From contig JBBTSJ010000037.1 in NCBI GenBank assembly GCA_038064715.1, positions 1 to 52,666 of the forward strand: a stretch of 52,666 nt of DNA, written 5' to 3'. The stretch is from Patescibacteria group bacterium (GTDB taxonomy: Bacteria; Patescibacteriota; Minisyncoccia; Phycocordibacterales; VMEP01). Shown in pieces: positions 8,088 through 17,766 of the stretch. The translations under genes and the position numbers were made by a program. Numbering within the stretch: the stretch's first letter is position 1; each line of letters opens with the position of its first letter. The notes under the pieces were generated by a model that did no database searches, was not told where the DNA came from, and was given only the letters and a program-made list of their open reading frames with translations.

Positions 8088-8927
8088 ATGCACAAAAAGA
8101 CAATCGGTTTTATCGGCCAAGGATATATAGGCAAAAATTATGCTGACGATTTTGAGAAGCGCGGCTATAATGTCGTGCGTTATGCGCTTGAAGAGCCACA
8201 TATTGGGAACAAGGAAAAAATATCAGAATGCGACATTGTTTTTATCGCTGTCCCAACCCCCACAACCCCCGAAGGATTTGATGATCGTATTGTAGAGGAA
8301 GCCATTCATCTCGTTGGTGTCGGGAATATTGCTGTGATTAAGTCCACCGTCCTTCCGGGCACTACGAAGAAACTTCAAAAGGCATATAGTGATGTTTTGG
8401 TATTAAATTCTCCCGAATTTCTTTCTGAAACCACCGCCGCGTATGATGCTGCTCATCCGACGCAAAACATTGTCGGTATTCCCGAGGACACAGCCTCACA
8501 CCGCAAAGCCGCAGAGCTTGTTTTATCAATTCTACCGGAAGCCCCGGCATCGCTTATATGCAAAAGTGTTGAATCAGAACTTTTCAAGTACGCGCATAAT
8601 ATGAGCGGCTATGTGCAAATTGTGCTGTTCAATATAATCTATGATTTGGCGCAAAATCTTGGCTGTGACTGGGAGCCTATTCAGAAAGCGGTTGAAGCGG
8701 ATCCCCTTATCTCTAACCGGTACGCGCGCCCAATTCACAAAAACGGGAGGGGTGCGGGGGGCCATTGCTTTATAAAAGATTTTGAGGCTTTTTCAAGCCT
8801 TTACCACAGTATGATTGCTGACCAGCTCGGGGACAAGGTTATGGCATCTTTGAGAGAGAAAAATATTGATTTGCTGAAAAAAAGCGGCAAAGATTTGGAT
8901 TTATTGAAAGAAGTCTATGGCGATTAG
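8088..8927 (+). CDS. UDP-glucose/GDP-mannose dehydrogenase-family protein, short form lacking the C-terminal UDP-binding domain
   Basis: IGFIGQGYIGKN dinucleotide fold. GAGGHCFIKD matches the catalytic GGxCxxKD motif. Only 279 aa, versus about 400 or more as I recall for canonical enzymes. Confidence 0.65.
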   Translation: MHKKTIGFIGQGYIGKNYADDFEKRGYNVVRYALEEPHIGNKEKISECDIVFIAVPTPTTPEGFDDRIVEEAIHLVGVGNIAVIKSTVLPGTTKKLQKAYSDVLVLNSPEFLSETTAAYDAAHPTQNIVGIPEDTASHRKAAELVLSILPEAPASLICKSVESELFKYAHNMSGYVQIVLFNIIYDLAQNLGCDWEPIQKAVEADPLISNRYARPIHKNGRGAGGHCFIKDFEAFSSLYHSMIADQLGDKVMASLREKNIDLLKKSGKDLDLLKEVYGD

Positions 8928-9957
8928 ATTGTTAATCATTACGCAAAAAGTTGATATCAATGATCCAATACTGGGATTCTTTCATAGGTGGATTGAAGAA
9001 TTTGCAAAGCATTGCGAAAAAATTACGGTAATTTGTTTGGGAAAAGGAAAATACAACTTGCCGGACAATGTGGAAGTTCTCTCTCTGGGAAAAGAAAATA
9101 GGGGACCTAGAATTTCTTATGCTTTTTTGTTTTTTAAATATATTTTTTCAAATCTTGGTAACTACAACACGGTTTTCGTGCATATGAACCAGGAATATAT
9201 TCTGTTGGGTGGTGTTTTTTGGCGATTGTTCGGCAAAAAAATTCTATTTTGGAGGAACCATCTCAAAGGCTCTTTTTTGACCGACATATCCGTTTTTTTA
9301 TCCAACATGACTTTTTGCACATCGCCATCTTCATACACCGCGCGTTTTAAAAAAACACAAATTATGCCAGCGGGAATAGATACGGATTTCTTCAGACAGG
9401 ATCTTCCGGTGAAAAAGAAATTAAGTTCCATCCTTTTCTTCGGCAGAATTGCGCCCGTTAAGAAAGTCGATATTTTTGTCGACGCGCTAAAAGAGCTCCA
9501 CGAACAAGGTATTGAATTTTCTGCCACCATTGCGGGGGCATCTTTGCCCATCGACGCGGGGTATGAAAAGACGATTAAAGACAAGGTCAATGCATTTGGT
9601 CTAAATGAGCGGGTTCGTTTTACGGGTTCTCTCTCTCAAGCTGAAGCCCTTGAGACATATAAAAAGCATGAGGTATATGTTAATCTGACTCCATCCGGCA
9701 GTTTAGATAAAACAATTTTTGAGGCCCTTGCTTCGGGAATGAAAGTGCTGGTTTCCAACACTTTTTTTAGTGGAGTACTGCCCGAAGATTGGATTGTGGA
9801 GAGTCCTGAAGACCCGGGGAATTTGGCGCGGATTATAAAGATGGCCCTCAATGGTCCACCCGAGAGTTTGGAGACGCAAAAGAAGATATCGATTTTTCTT
9901 CAAGAACACAGCCTTTCGGCATTAACGGAGAAGCTGGCGCGTGAATTTACTCCATGA
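8917..9957 (+). CDS. Glycosyltransferase, GT4-like (GT-B)
   Basis: GSLDKTIFEALASGMKVLVSN C-terminal motif. Overlaps the upstream gene by 11 nt. Confidence 0.78.
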   Translation: MAIRLLIITQKVDINDPILGFFHRWIEEFAKHCEKITVICLGKGKYNLPDNVEVLSLGKENRGPRISYAFLFFKYIFSNLGNYNTVFVHMNQEYILLGGVFWRLFGKKILFWRNHLKGSFLTDISVFLSNMTFCTSPSSYTARFKKTQIMPAGIDTDFFRQDLPVKKKLSSILFFGRIAPVKKVDIFVDALKELHEQGIEFSATIAGASLPIDAGYEKTIKDKVNAFGLNERVRFTGSLSQAEALETYKKHEVYVNLTPSGSLDKTIFEALASGMKVLVSNTFFSGVLPEDWIVESPEDPGNLARIIKMALNGPPESLETQKKISIFLQEHSLSALTEKLAREFTP

Positions 9958-10092
9958 ACGGCATATTTGGTTCTAAGCGGTCGGAAAGCACGCGGATAAA
10001 TTTCCGAAAAAGATTGATTTTCAAACGGGTTTTTGTAACTACGATTCGAGTTTTAAGAAAGAGTATATTCCCGCTCTTTTAGACACACATTG

Positions 10093-12165
10093 ATGAAATT
10101 AATTTATCTAACTTCCCAAAAATATCCCTCCGCAAAAGCTGATCCTTTTTTTGTGAAATCAATGGCTCTGGCTTTTGCCAAAATCTTGGACAAGAATTTG
10201 TTGTTCGTAGTCAGGGGCGATACTCCGAATGAGTTGAAGCATCTGAACGTTATGTCGGTGAAATTACCCAGACGTTTTAGAACGATACTTTATTTCTTTT
10301 GGGTACCTATATTTATTATATTTCGTAACTGGAGCGATTCGGAAACAGTTTTTTTCTCTTCCGACCCCTATTTGTTGTCAATACTGGTATTTTGGCGTAA
10401 AACTTTGGGATTCAAGTATCTTATCTGCTCCGATTGGCATCAGCTTTTTGGCGACTGGAAAGACAAATACGTGGCGGGCAGCAGCGACTATCTTATATCT
10501 ACGTCCAAGAGATTGAAAGGACTTTTGTCTTCGGTCTGCGCTGTTAACCCAGATAAGATAGTAGTTGCGTACGGTGGAGTAGACGCAAGTCTTTTTCTTG
10601 AAAAATCAAAAACAGTAAAAACGGAATATCAAAAGAATCTTAGATTACCTACGGACTCTTTTCTTGTCGGGTATGTAGGCGGCTTCAGAAGCCTGGGCAT
10701 AGGGAAAGGCTTGGACACGATGATTAAAGCACTTCAGTATCTTGATAATAAAATAACAATGGTATTTGTCGGAGGGTCCAAAAAAGATATTGAAGAATAT
10801 ATAACACTAGCCAAAGAGATTAATGTTGAAAATAGATGTATTTTTGTGGAAAAACAGAAGCCATTTGAAAAAGTGATTGAATATGAGATGGCCATGGATA
10901 TATTGGTTATTCCATATCCGGATGAACCGCACTTCAGAGATTACGGTTTCCCAATGAAAATATGGGAGTATATGGCTTCCGGCAAGCCGATAATATATTC
11001 AGATCTCGAGATTATGGGAGAGGTGTTGGAGGGCAAGGCGGTTTCATTCGAGCCGGATAATGCGTCAAGTTTAGCCGCCGTGATTGCGCGTATTATGAAA
11101 GATACCGATGCGGCGGAAATTATTGCCGCGCGAAACCCCAAGGAAGTAGAAAATTATACTTGGGAAGCAAGAGCCGCAAGAATTATTGATTTTGTGGAGA
11201 ATGGGTCTAAAAACACAAATAACAAAAGGCAAAAAATCACGAATCTACTCTATCGTCATATTTCGATATTTGAAGACCAAATGCGATACATGAAATCAGA
11301 AAAAAGCAAAATAAAAAGGGTCGTCCATAATACGAAGGTATTAGGTTTACCGTATGTTTTTTATAGTTTATCAAGATTCAGATTATTGGGTTTTTTAAAA
11401 AATATTAGAATAAAGTTTTTCTTCGGGAAAATGATGATTCTTCCCGCGAGTGACATGGGCGCCAGTGTTTTTTCCATGTATGGTATTATGCCGCACAAAA
11501 GCGAGAGAAGACTGGCGCTTTGGCTTATAAAAAATTTGAGAGACGAAGAAGTTTTCTATGACGTGGGAGCTCATCTCGGTTACTATACAGCGCTTTCGGA
11601 GAAAATACTTACAAGGGGGGAAGTACATGCTTTTGAAGCGAACAAAAAGCTATGCGGATATCTTAGGCAAAATTTTTCGGACTCAAATAATGTCTTCATC
11701 TCGTGTATGGCAGTTGCTGATTCCGACGGCGAAGTGGATTTTTACGACGCGACAGAAATTGATGACAGTTCTGCAAGCTCCAGGTTTAGGATAAAAAAGC
11801 AGTATACTAGAGTGTCTAAGGTTTCGGCGATTACTCTGGATGACTATGTTAATAAAGGAAACAAACCGCCGACAATTATTAAGTTCGACATAGAAGGCGG
11901 AGAAGGAGATGCTATAATCGGGTCTTTGGGTCTCATAAGGAAATACAAGCCGCGTATTATGATGGAGGTTTGGGGAGGAGAGGCCGGAAAGAAATATTCC
12001 CGTGTGGCAATTGATAAGTTAAAGGAACTTGGATACAAAGCATTTTTGCTTGACTCGGAAGGAGGTATTTCCGGGAAGCCTTTGGATAATCCGATAGCCG
12101 CTATAAGCGCTGGCGGTAACGATTCCAGAGATAATCTTTTATTTCGCCTAGCAAGGAGCATGTGA
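10093..12165 (+). CDS. Fusion protein: N-terminal GT4-like glycosyltransferase plus C-terminal FkbM-family methyltransferase
   Basis: GT part: GFPMKIWEYMASGKPIIYSD. FkbM part: FYDVGAHLGYYT and IIKFDIEGGEGDAIIG. ATG at 10093 (the track starts at TTG 10090). Confidence 0.85.
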   Translation: MKLIYLTSQKYPSAKADPFFVKSMALAFAKILDKNLLFVVRGDTPNELKHLNVMSVKLPRRFRTILYFFWVPIFIIFRNWSDSETVFFSSDPYLLSILVFWRKTLGFKYLICSDWHQLFGDWKDKYVAGSSDYLISTSKRLKGLLSSVCAVNPDKIVVAYGGVDASLFLEKSKTVKTEYQKNLRLPTDSFLVGYVGGFRSLGIGKGLDTMIKALQYLDNKITMVFVGGSKKDIEEYITLAKEINVENRCIFVEKQKPFEKVIEYEMAMDILVIPYPDEPHFRDYGFPMKIWEYMASGKPIIYSDLEIMGEVLEGKAVSFEPDNASSLAAVIARIMKDTDAAEIIAARNPKEVENYTWEARAARIIDFVENGSKNTNNKRQKITNLLYRHISIFEDQMRYMKSEKSKIKRVVHNTKVLGLPYVFYSLSRFRLLGFLKNIRIKFFFGKMMILPASDMGASVFSMYGIMPHKSERRLALWLIKNLRDEEVFYDVGAHLGYYTALSEKILTRGEVHAFEANKKLCGYLRQNFSDSNNVFISCMAVADSDGEVDFYDATEIDDSSASSRFRIKKQYTRVSKVSAITLDDYVNKGNKPPTIIKFDIEGGEGDAIIGSLGLIRKYKPRIMMEVWGGEAGKKYSRVAIDKLKELGYKAFLLDSEGGISGKPLDNPIAAISAGGNDSRDNLLFRLARSM

Positions 12166-12203
12166 ATGTGTAATCACATTCACAATGTCCGAGCGACGGC
12201 GAA
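12148..12203 (+). repeat. GCGAG/CCGAGCGA hairpin element, copy A
   Basis: ctaGCAAGGAGCA-[tgtgaatgtg TAAT cacattcaca]-atgtCCGAGCGAcggcgaa. The stop codon of the upstream gene (12163-12165) lies in the stem. Confidence 0.7.
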
Positions 12204-12222
12204 TCAAAGGTTAAATACCTTA

Positions 12223-12258
12223 GAGCTTCTCGCGAAAAGGCGCGAGCGAAGCAAGCTC
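12223..12258 (+). repeat. Nested hairpin containing CGAGCGAAGC
   Basis: gagctt ctcgcg aaaagg cgcgag cgaagc aagctc. Confidence 0.55.
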
Positions 12259-12266
12259 CGATAATA

Positions 12267-12286
12267 CCTCGGGGCTTGCCCCGAGG
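12267..12286 (+). repeat. Perfect 8-bp GC-rich hairpin
   Basis: cctcgggg cttg ccccgagg, with no T-run after it. Confidence 0.7.
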
Positions 12287-12302
12287 AACCTTTATTCACG
12301 AT

Positions 12303-12353
12303 GTAGGGCGAGAGAAATGGAAAAGGATACCCTCTTATTTCCAAGTCGGAAAG
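12303..12353 (+). repeat. GCGAG/CCGAG hairpin element, copy B (degenerate)
   Basis: GTAGgGCGAGA-[gaaat..ggaaaaggataccctctt..atttc]-caagtCGGAAAg. Confidence 0.5.
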
Positions 12354-12407
12354 TTGTGTGGGAGTTAATAGAGACTTCCTTTGTAGACCAATAATCTTAA
12401 TTAATAT

Positions 12408-14234
12408 ATGTGTGGCATATCAGGATTCAGTTGGAAAAATGACGAAAAAATAAGGGCGATGGTAGAGTCGCTTTCTTATCGTGGTCCCGACGCGGACGGA
12501 GTATTTATCGACGAAGGGATTTCTCTTGGGCACAATCGGCTCTCAATCATTGACTTGTCCGCAAGCGCCAACCAACCCATGTTTGATGATAAAAAAGAGC
12601 TGATAATAGTTTTTAACGGCGAGATTTACAATTTTAGAGAGCTGAAAAAAGAACTTTCCGACTACGATTTCAAAACCAAAAGCGACACGGAGGTTATTCT
12701 TGCCGGATACCAGAAATGGGGCAAGGATGTCGTAAAAAAATTGAATGGTATGTTCGCTTTTGCCATTTGGGACAGGAGAGACGGCTCTCTTTTTTGCGCT
12801 CGCGACCACGCGGGCATGAAACCGTTTTATTATTTTTGGAACGGAGAAAAATTTATTTTTGCTTCAGAAATACCGGCTATTCTCAAACACGATATTCCCC
12901 GGAAACTAAACTTGGAGGCTTTCAACCAATATTTTAGGGTGCTTTATGTTCCCGAACCACTGACCATGTTTGAAAATATTTATAAATTACCGGCATACCA
13001 CACCTTGACCCTTAAGAATGGAGAAATTCACATAGATACATATAGACAAGACAGAGCGGAGACAATCGATATTTCATACACCGATGCCGTTTCTGCCTTG
13101 CGTGAAAAAGTGATTGGGGCCGTAGAGCGGCATTTGGTGGCGGACGTTCCGGTGGGAGTCTATTTGTCCGGAGGTATTGATTCAAGCGCGGTTCTTTCCG
13201 CCATGTCCGGACTTCGCGGGAATATTAAAACATTTAGCGTCGGTTTTGATCTGGAAAATATTGGTGAAGCGGATAAGTTCAATCATGACTTTGAGCTTGC
13301 CAAAAAGACCGCGGAGTTTTTCGGAACAGAGCATCACTCCCTTATTGTTTCCACGAAAGACGCCCTAAGCGCTTTTGAAGGAGCCGTGGCGCATAATAGT
13401 GATCCGATATCGAATCCAACATCTATCGCCATGCTACTTTTGGCCAAGTACGCAAGGAAAGAGGTGACCGTGGCTTTAACGGGTAACGCGGGGGACGAGC
13501 TGTTTGGCGGATATGACAGATATAGGATGGCTTTGGCCGGGCACTACTATAAAAAACTTCCGGGATTTTTGCGGGCACTCGGCAATATGCATGGGAGAAT
13601 TTCAAAATTGGACTACAAAAACAAAACGAGTCTTTTTGCCCAATTCATGTTCGCAAAGGATAATAAGTTATCACGAGTGATTTCTACGAACGTTTTTGTT
13701 GATGATTCAAAAATCAGGGAATCTTTCGAAAGTAAGTATATTTCTAAATGCACAGGTGATCCGGCAGAATGTTTTATGACGGTTGATCAGAGAAGCTGGT
13801 TGCCGGATTATTTTTTCATGCTTTCGGACAAGATGTCTATGGCGAACGCTCTTGAGGAGAGAATGCCGCTTGCGGACAAGGAACTCTTTGGTTTTTCGGA
13901 AACTATTCCAAGGTCTTATAAATTAGATTTGTTTAGGACAAAGAAGGTTTTGAAAAAAGCATTCAGAGACGATTTGCCGGACTTTCTTTTTGATCAGCCT
14001 AAGCGCGGGTGGTTTTCGCCGGCGGCCAAATGGCTTCGCGACCCGGCTTTTTCTAAGTTAGGGAGAGAAGTATTATCGCCTGATTATTTTGAAAATACCA
14101 GAGACCTCTTCAATTGGCGGGAACTTAACGAGATGCTTGAAAAACATATCAATAAAGAAGAATACAATTTGGTTATTATCTGGGCAGCGATTACTTTTCA
14201 GGCTTGGGCAAGGAAATATAAGGTAGAAGTGTAG
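12408..14234 (+). CDS. Asparagine synthase (glutamine-hydrolysing)-family amidotransferase
   Basis: MCGISGF N-terminal nucleophile Cys and the SGGIDSS PP-loop, 608 aa. In glycan loci this family usually acts on sugar carboxylates (context inference). Confidence 0.9.
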   Translation: MCGISGFSWKNDEKIRAMVESLSYRGPDADGVFIDEGISLGHNRLSIIDLSASANQPMFDDKKELIIVFNGEIYNFRELKKELSDYDFKTKSDTEVILAGYQKWGKDVVKKLNGMFAFAIWDRRDGSLFCARDHAGMKPFYYFWNGEKFIFASEIPAILKHDIPRKLNLEAFNQYFRVLYVPEPLTMFENIYKLPAYHTLTLKNGEIHIDTYRQDRAETIDISYTDAVSALREKVIGAVERHLVADVPVGVYLSGGIDSSAVLSAMSGLRGNIKTFSVGFDLENIGEADKFNHDFELAKKTAEFFGTEHHSLIVSTKDALSAFEGAVAHNSDPISNPTSIAMLLLAKYARKEVTVALTGNAGDELFGGYDRYRMALAGHYYKKLPGFLRALGNMHGRISKLDYKNKTSLFAQFMFAKDNKLSRVISTNVFVDDSKIRESFESKYISKCTGDPAECFMTVDQRSWLPDYFFMLSDKMSMANALEERMPLADKELFGFSETIPRSYKLDLFRTKKVLKKAFRDDLPDFLFDQPKRGWFSPAAKWLRDPAFSKLGREVLSPDYFENTRDLFNWRELNEMLEKHINKEEYNLVIIWAAITFQAWARKYKVEV

Positions 14235-14245
14235 CAAGTACATAT

Positions 14246-15331
14246 ATGAGCAGCACCAAAAGGCGCATCAAAGTTCTCTATTTATATTCCGGATCGAGAA
14301 AGGATAAGTTTTTCGGTAAAATAGGGGTTGATTACCCGGACACCCAGTTTTATGGTTTCAATCATTTGGCTAAGTTTGGGGTCGAAGCCGAAACCAGAGA
14401 GTTTAACGACCTAGTTGGAAACCCCTTGGTAAATAAATTATTCGGATTCAGATTAAGGCATTTGTTCCTTTGTTTTTACGCGAGAAAATACGATATAGTT
14501 TTCGGCTCATCCATTCTTTACACAGCCATTCTCAAGAGATTTATTTGTCCAAAGACAAAATTTATATTGCTCAACATCAGTACCGCCAGAACCATTGAAT
14601 CTAACAGGAAAAAACACCTGAAGCTGAAATTTATTTTATGGTTGCTTGATGAAATGGACGGAGTTGTTTGCCTGTCTCGTAGCCAGATTATTTTTTTGAA
14701 AAATATCGCGCTACAGATGGCAGATAGACTTTTTTATGTTCCTCTTGGAGTTGACACCGTCTTTTATCAACCGAATTACACAGGGCGTAAGGATTATCTG
14801 CTTTCGGTCGGGCGCGATAATGGCAGGGATTATAAAACGGTGATTGACACAGCCCGTCTTATGCCCCGACAAAAATTTCAAATCGTTTGCAGTAAGAGGA
14901 ACCTAGCCGGCATAAAAGATATTCCAGGCAATGTGGAGATTATTTACGATCTCCCCATTCGCGAGCTTAAGCAGAAGTATTTAGAAGCGAAAGCGCTGCT
15001 ACTCATCACCCACGAAGACAAATGGTCCGAAGGCGCGGACTGTTCGGGGCAAACCGTACTCTTGGACGCGATGGCTTCTGGTTTGCCTATAATAACCAGC
15101 CGAAAAAAGTATTTAGAAGATTATGCAGTTGACAATAAAGAAGCGACATTCGTTGATTTTTATGATCCCGCTAAAGTTAAAATTGCCATTGAATCTTTAA
15201 ATAGTGTAGAATCGAGGAAAGAAATGACTGCGAGGGCGCGCAAGCGGGCGGAAAGAGAATTTTCGACTGAAAATATGGCCAAAAATTTAGCCACGGTATT
15301 TAACAGTTTATCAGGAAATGAAAATGGATAA
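14246..15331 (+). CDS. Glycosyltransferase, GT4-like (divergent)
   Basis: GQTVLLDAMASGLPIITSR C-terminal motif, GT-B size. Confidence 0.72.
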   Translation: MSSTKRRIKVLYLYSGSRKDKFFGKIGVDYPDTQFYGFNHLAKFGVEAETREFNDLVGNPLVNKLFGFRLRHLFLCFYARKYDIVFGSSILYTAILKRFICPKTKFILLNISTARTIESNRKKHLKLKFILWLLDEMDGVVCLSRSQIIFLKNIALQMADRLFYVPLGVDTVFYQPNYTGRKDYLLSVGRDNGRDYKTVIDTARLMPRQKFQIVCSKRNLAGIKDIPGNVEIIYDLPIRELKQKYLEAKALLLITHEDKWSEGADCSGQTVLLDAMASGLPIITSRKKYLEDYAVDNKEATFVDFYDPAKVKIAIESLNSVESRKEMTARARKRAEREFSTENMAKNLATVFNSLSGNENG

Positions 15332-15890
15332 TTTGCTTAAGATAGTCGGGTCCAATCTAAAAAACAAATCCGCTATTTTAGAGCTTGGTTGCGGTTCCGG
15401 TGAATTGATCAATGCTATTGCGGAGAGATTCAGCGGTTTGAATAAAATCGTTGCGGTAGATTTTTATAATCGCCCGGAAAAATTGGATAAAAAAATTGAG
15501 TTTATCAAGCAAGATATCGAAAATCTGGATATCCCCGGCAATTTTGACCTCGTAATATTAAACCAGGTATTGGAGCATATGAAAAATCCGCTCGGCCTGC
15601 TCGCCAATGTCAAAAGGAGTCTAACCCCTTACGCGCGAGTTCTTATCGTGGTTCCGAATCGTTACGGTTTTAACAACGAGGCTAGGGTATACTTGCCCGA
15701 GCATGGCAAGCATTATTTTTTGTGGGACAGGGAAAATTTGGAGTACAGCTTAAACAGAATAGGATTCACATGCAGATTTTATAATCTTTATACCGCCGCC
15801 AGCCACAACATCTTTTTAAAGTATTTGCCTGCTATACTCAGGTTGCAGAACCCCAACCTGACATGTATTGCGATGATAGACAAACCATGA
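15318..15890 (+). CDS. Class I SAM-dependent methyltransferase
   Basis: ILELGCGSGELI motif I. LVILNQVLEHM. Confidence 0.85.
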   Translation: MKMDNLLKIVGSNLKNKSAILELGCGSGELINAIAERFSGLNKIVAVDFYNRPEKLDKKIEFIKQDIENLDIPGNFDLVILNQVLEHMKNPLGLLANVKRSLTPYARVLIVVPNRYGFNNEARVYLPEHGKHYFLWDRENLEYSLNRIGFTCRFYNLYTAASHNIFLKYLPAILRLQNPNLTCIAMIDKP

Positions 15891-16840
15891 AGGAAATCTT
15901 AAAAACTACGCCGTGCGGCGGCCAGAAAGTAAAAGAGTTTGCAAAAAACCGATACTGGGGAAAAATACCCGAAGCTGAACTCGAAAAGGCTATTGACGTC
16001 ATTGACAGGGAAGGGTGGATTGTTTTCGCGGACAAATACAAAAGCAAACTGGACTTTACCACGGAAGAAAACCGGGCCGACTGGCGATTCTTTGTTCCCC
16101 TTGACCGTAATTCGGTCGTACTCGACGCGGGGGCAGGGTTGGGCAGAATCGCTATTCCCCTGGCTAGAGTCGTGGGAAGGGTTGTTGCTTGCGACACTTC
16201 CGTTGTCAGAATGAGATTTTTGAAAAAACTCGCGGAAGCAAAAGGGTTAAACAATATTGAAACTGTTGTCGCGGACATTTTTAGTACGCCGTTTGAAAAA
16301 GAAAGTTTTGACATGATTGTCATGAACGGACTTCTTGAATGGGTTGGAAAGACAGATTTGTACGACGATCCACGCAAGGCGCAAATCGCCTGTCTGAAAA
16401 TATGCAAGGGGCTTCTAAAAAATGGGGGATTCTTGTATGTTGGAATTGAGAACCGTTTCGCGCTGGCGTATTTACGCGGTCTTGATCACGGTGGCCTAAG
16501 ATTTACAAGCTATATGCCACGTTGGCTAGCCAACGCATACACCCTGTTTAGGAACGGTCACGGATACGACACTTATACATATACTGTTTCCGGTTACAGA
16601 AAATTACTTAATGAAGCTGGTTTCGACAGTCCGGATTTTTATTTAGTGTATCCCGGCTACAATCTGCCCCGGATAATTATGCCATATGACAATCTTAAGA
16701 TATTAAAATATACTCTCATATCCATGATGTCGGGCAACACCCTGGTCAGGAAAATCGCCAGGATAGCCGCGCGTTCTTCGTTTTTGGTATGGATTTACAG
16801 GAATTTCTTTTTCAGCTTCAACATTTTTGCACAAAAATGA
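15887..16840 (+). CDS. Class I SAM-dependent methyltransferase
   Basis: VLDAGAGLGRIAIPLA motif I. ATG 15887 forms an ATGA overlap with the upstream stop (the track starts at 15863). Confidence 0.8.
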   Translation: MKEILKTTPCGGQKVKEFAKNRYWGKIPEAELEKAIDVIDREGWIVFADKYKSKLDFTTEENRADWRFFVPLDRNSVVLDAGAGLGRIAIPLARVVGRVVACDTSVVRMRFLKKLAEAKGLNNIETVVADIFSTPFEKESFDMIVMNGLLEWVGKTDLYDDPRKAQIACLKICKGLLKNGGFLYVGIENRFALAYLRGLDHGGLRFTSYMPRWLANAYTLFRNGHGYDTYTYTVSGYRKLLNEAGFDSPDFYLVYPGYNLPRIIMPYDNLKILKYTLISMMSGNTLVRKIARIAARSSFLVWIYRNFFFSFNIFAQK

Positions 16841-17757
16841 TTAAGATTTTTGACAAGGTGATAAGGGAACGAGGGCCAGAACTTCTGGCCGAAAGCGATT
16901 TTCCTCTTTGTTATTTAAAATTTAGCACGGTAACTTCAGGGTCGAGATTGAATGATAAAGTAATTTTTCTCGTTTTTAAAAACCGCGCGCCCTTGCCGTT
17001 TTTATGCTTGAAGACAGTTAGAAATTATGAAGCCAAACAGGCAATTTCGCGGAATTTTAGCAACCTGAAAAAACTAAATGAGCTGACCACCGATAGCCCA
17101 TACGCTCCCATGTTCGCGCAAGCGCTTCATTTGTATGATGACGGGGAAAATATTTTTAGCATTGAAACCGCGTGTCCCGGGAAAAGAGTAAAACTTAACA
17201 ATGAGAATTTAAAGATTGTGGTGGCGGAATATATCGGTTTTCAACAATACGCGGCGGAGCGGAGCGGAAATTCTATAACTGACATGGCGCAGTTCGCGAA
17301 AGAAATAGTGATTCACTCCGGACTTAAAGAGCGAGACCAGCAGGAACTTTTGCAATTTTTAAAATCATTTTCGCTTGATGGTTTTGGGTTGCCACGAGTT
17401 ATTCAGCATGGAGACCTGACGGAAGACAACATATTGCTATCGAAAGACAAACTATGCGTCATTGATTATGATTTTGTAGACGACATTGACCTTCCCGGTT
17501 TTGATTTATTCGGCCTATTTCGCCGATATAATCAGCATGAAGTGAAAGCGTTGTGTAATAAATATCTGCCGGAATATTTCACAAAGATTGGCGCGGACAT
17601 AGCGGACATAGATGTCAACAAGCATGACGGACTCTTGTTTTTGTATTACTTTACGGAACGCATACTAAAGAAGCGCCGCTCTTCGGAAGGTTTATCCGCG
17701 GAGCTTATTATTTCCGATTTTAATAAGCATATTGCTCGGACAGACGAAACGGCATAA
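16837..17757 (+). CDS. APH/choline-kinase-family phosphotransferase
   Basis: VIQHGDLTEDNILL (HxDxxxxN) and VIDYDF (DxD) kinase motifs. ATGA overlap at 16837 (the track starts at 16789). Confidence 0.75.
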   Translation: MIKIFDKVIRERGPELLAESDFPLCYLKFSTVTSGSRLNDKVIFLVFKNRAPLPFLCLKTVRNYEAKQAISRNFSNLKKLNELTTDSPYAPMFAQALHLYDDGENIFSIETACPGKRVKLNNENLKIVVAEYIGFQQYAAERSGNSITDMAQFAKEIVIHSGLKERDQQELLQFLKSFSLDGFGLPRVIQHGDLTEDNILLSKDKLCVIDYDFVDDIDLPGFDLFGLFRRYNQHEVKALCNKYLPEYFTKIGADIADIDVNKHDGLLFLYYFTERILKKRRSSEGLSAELIISDFNKHIARTDETA

Positions 17758-17766
17758 GTTATTTTC

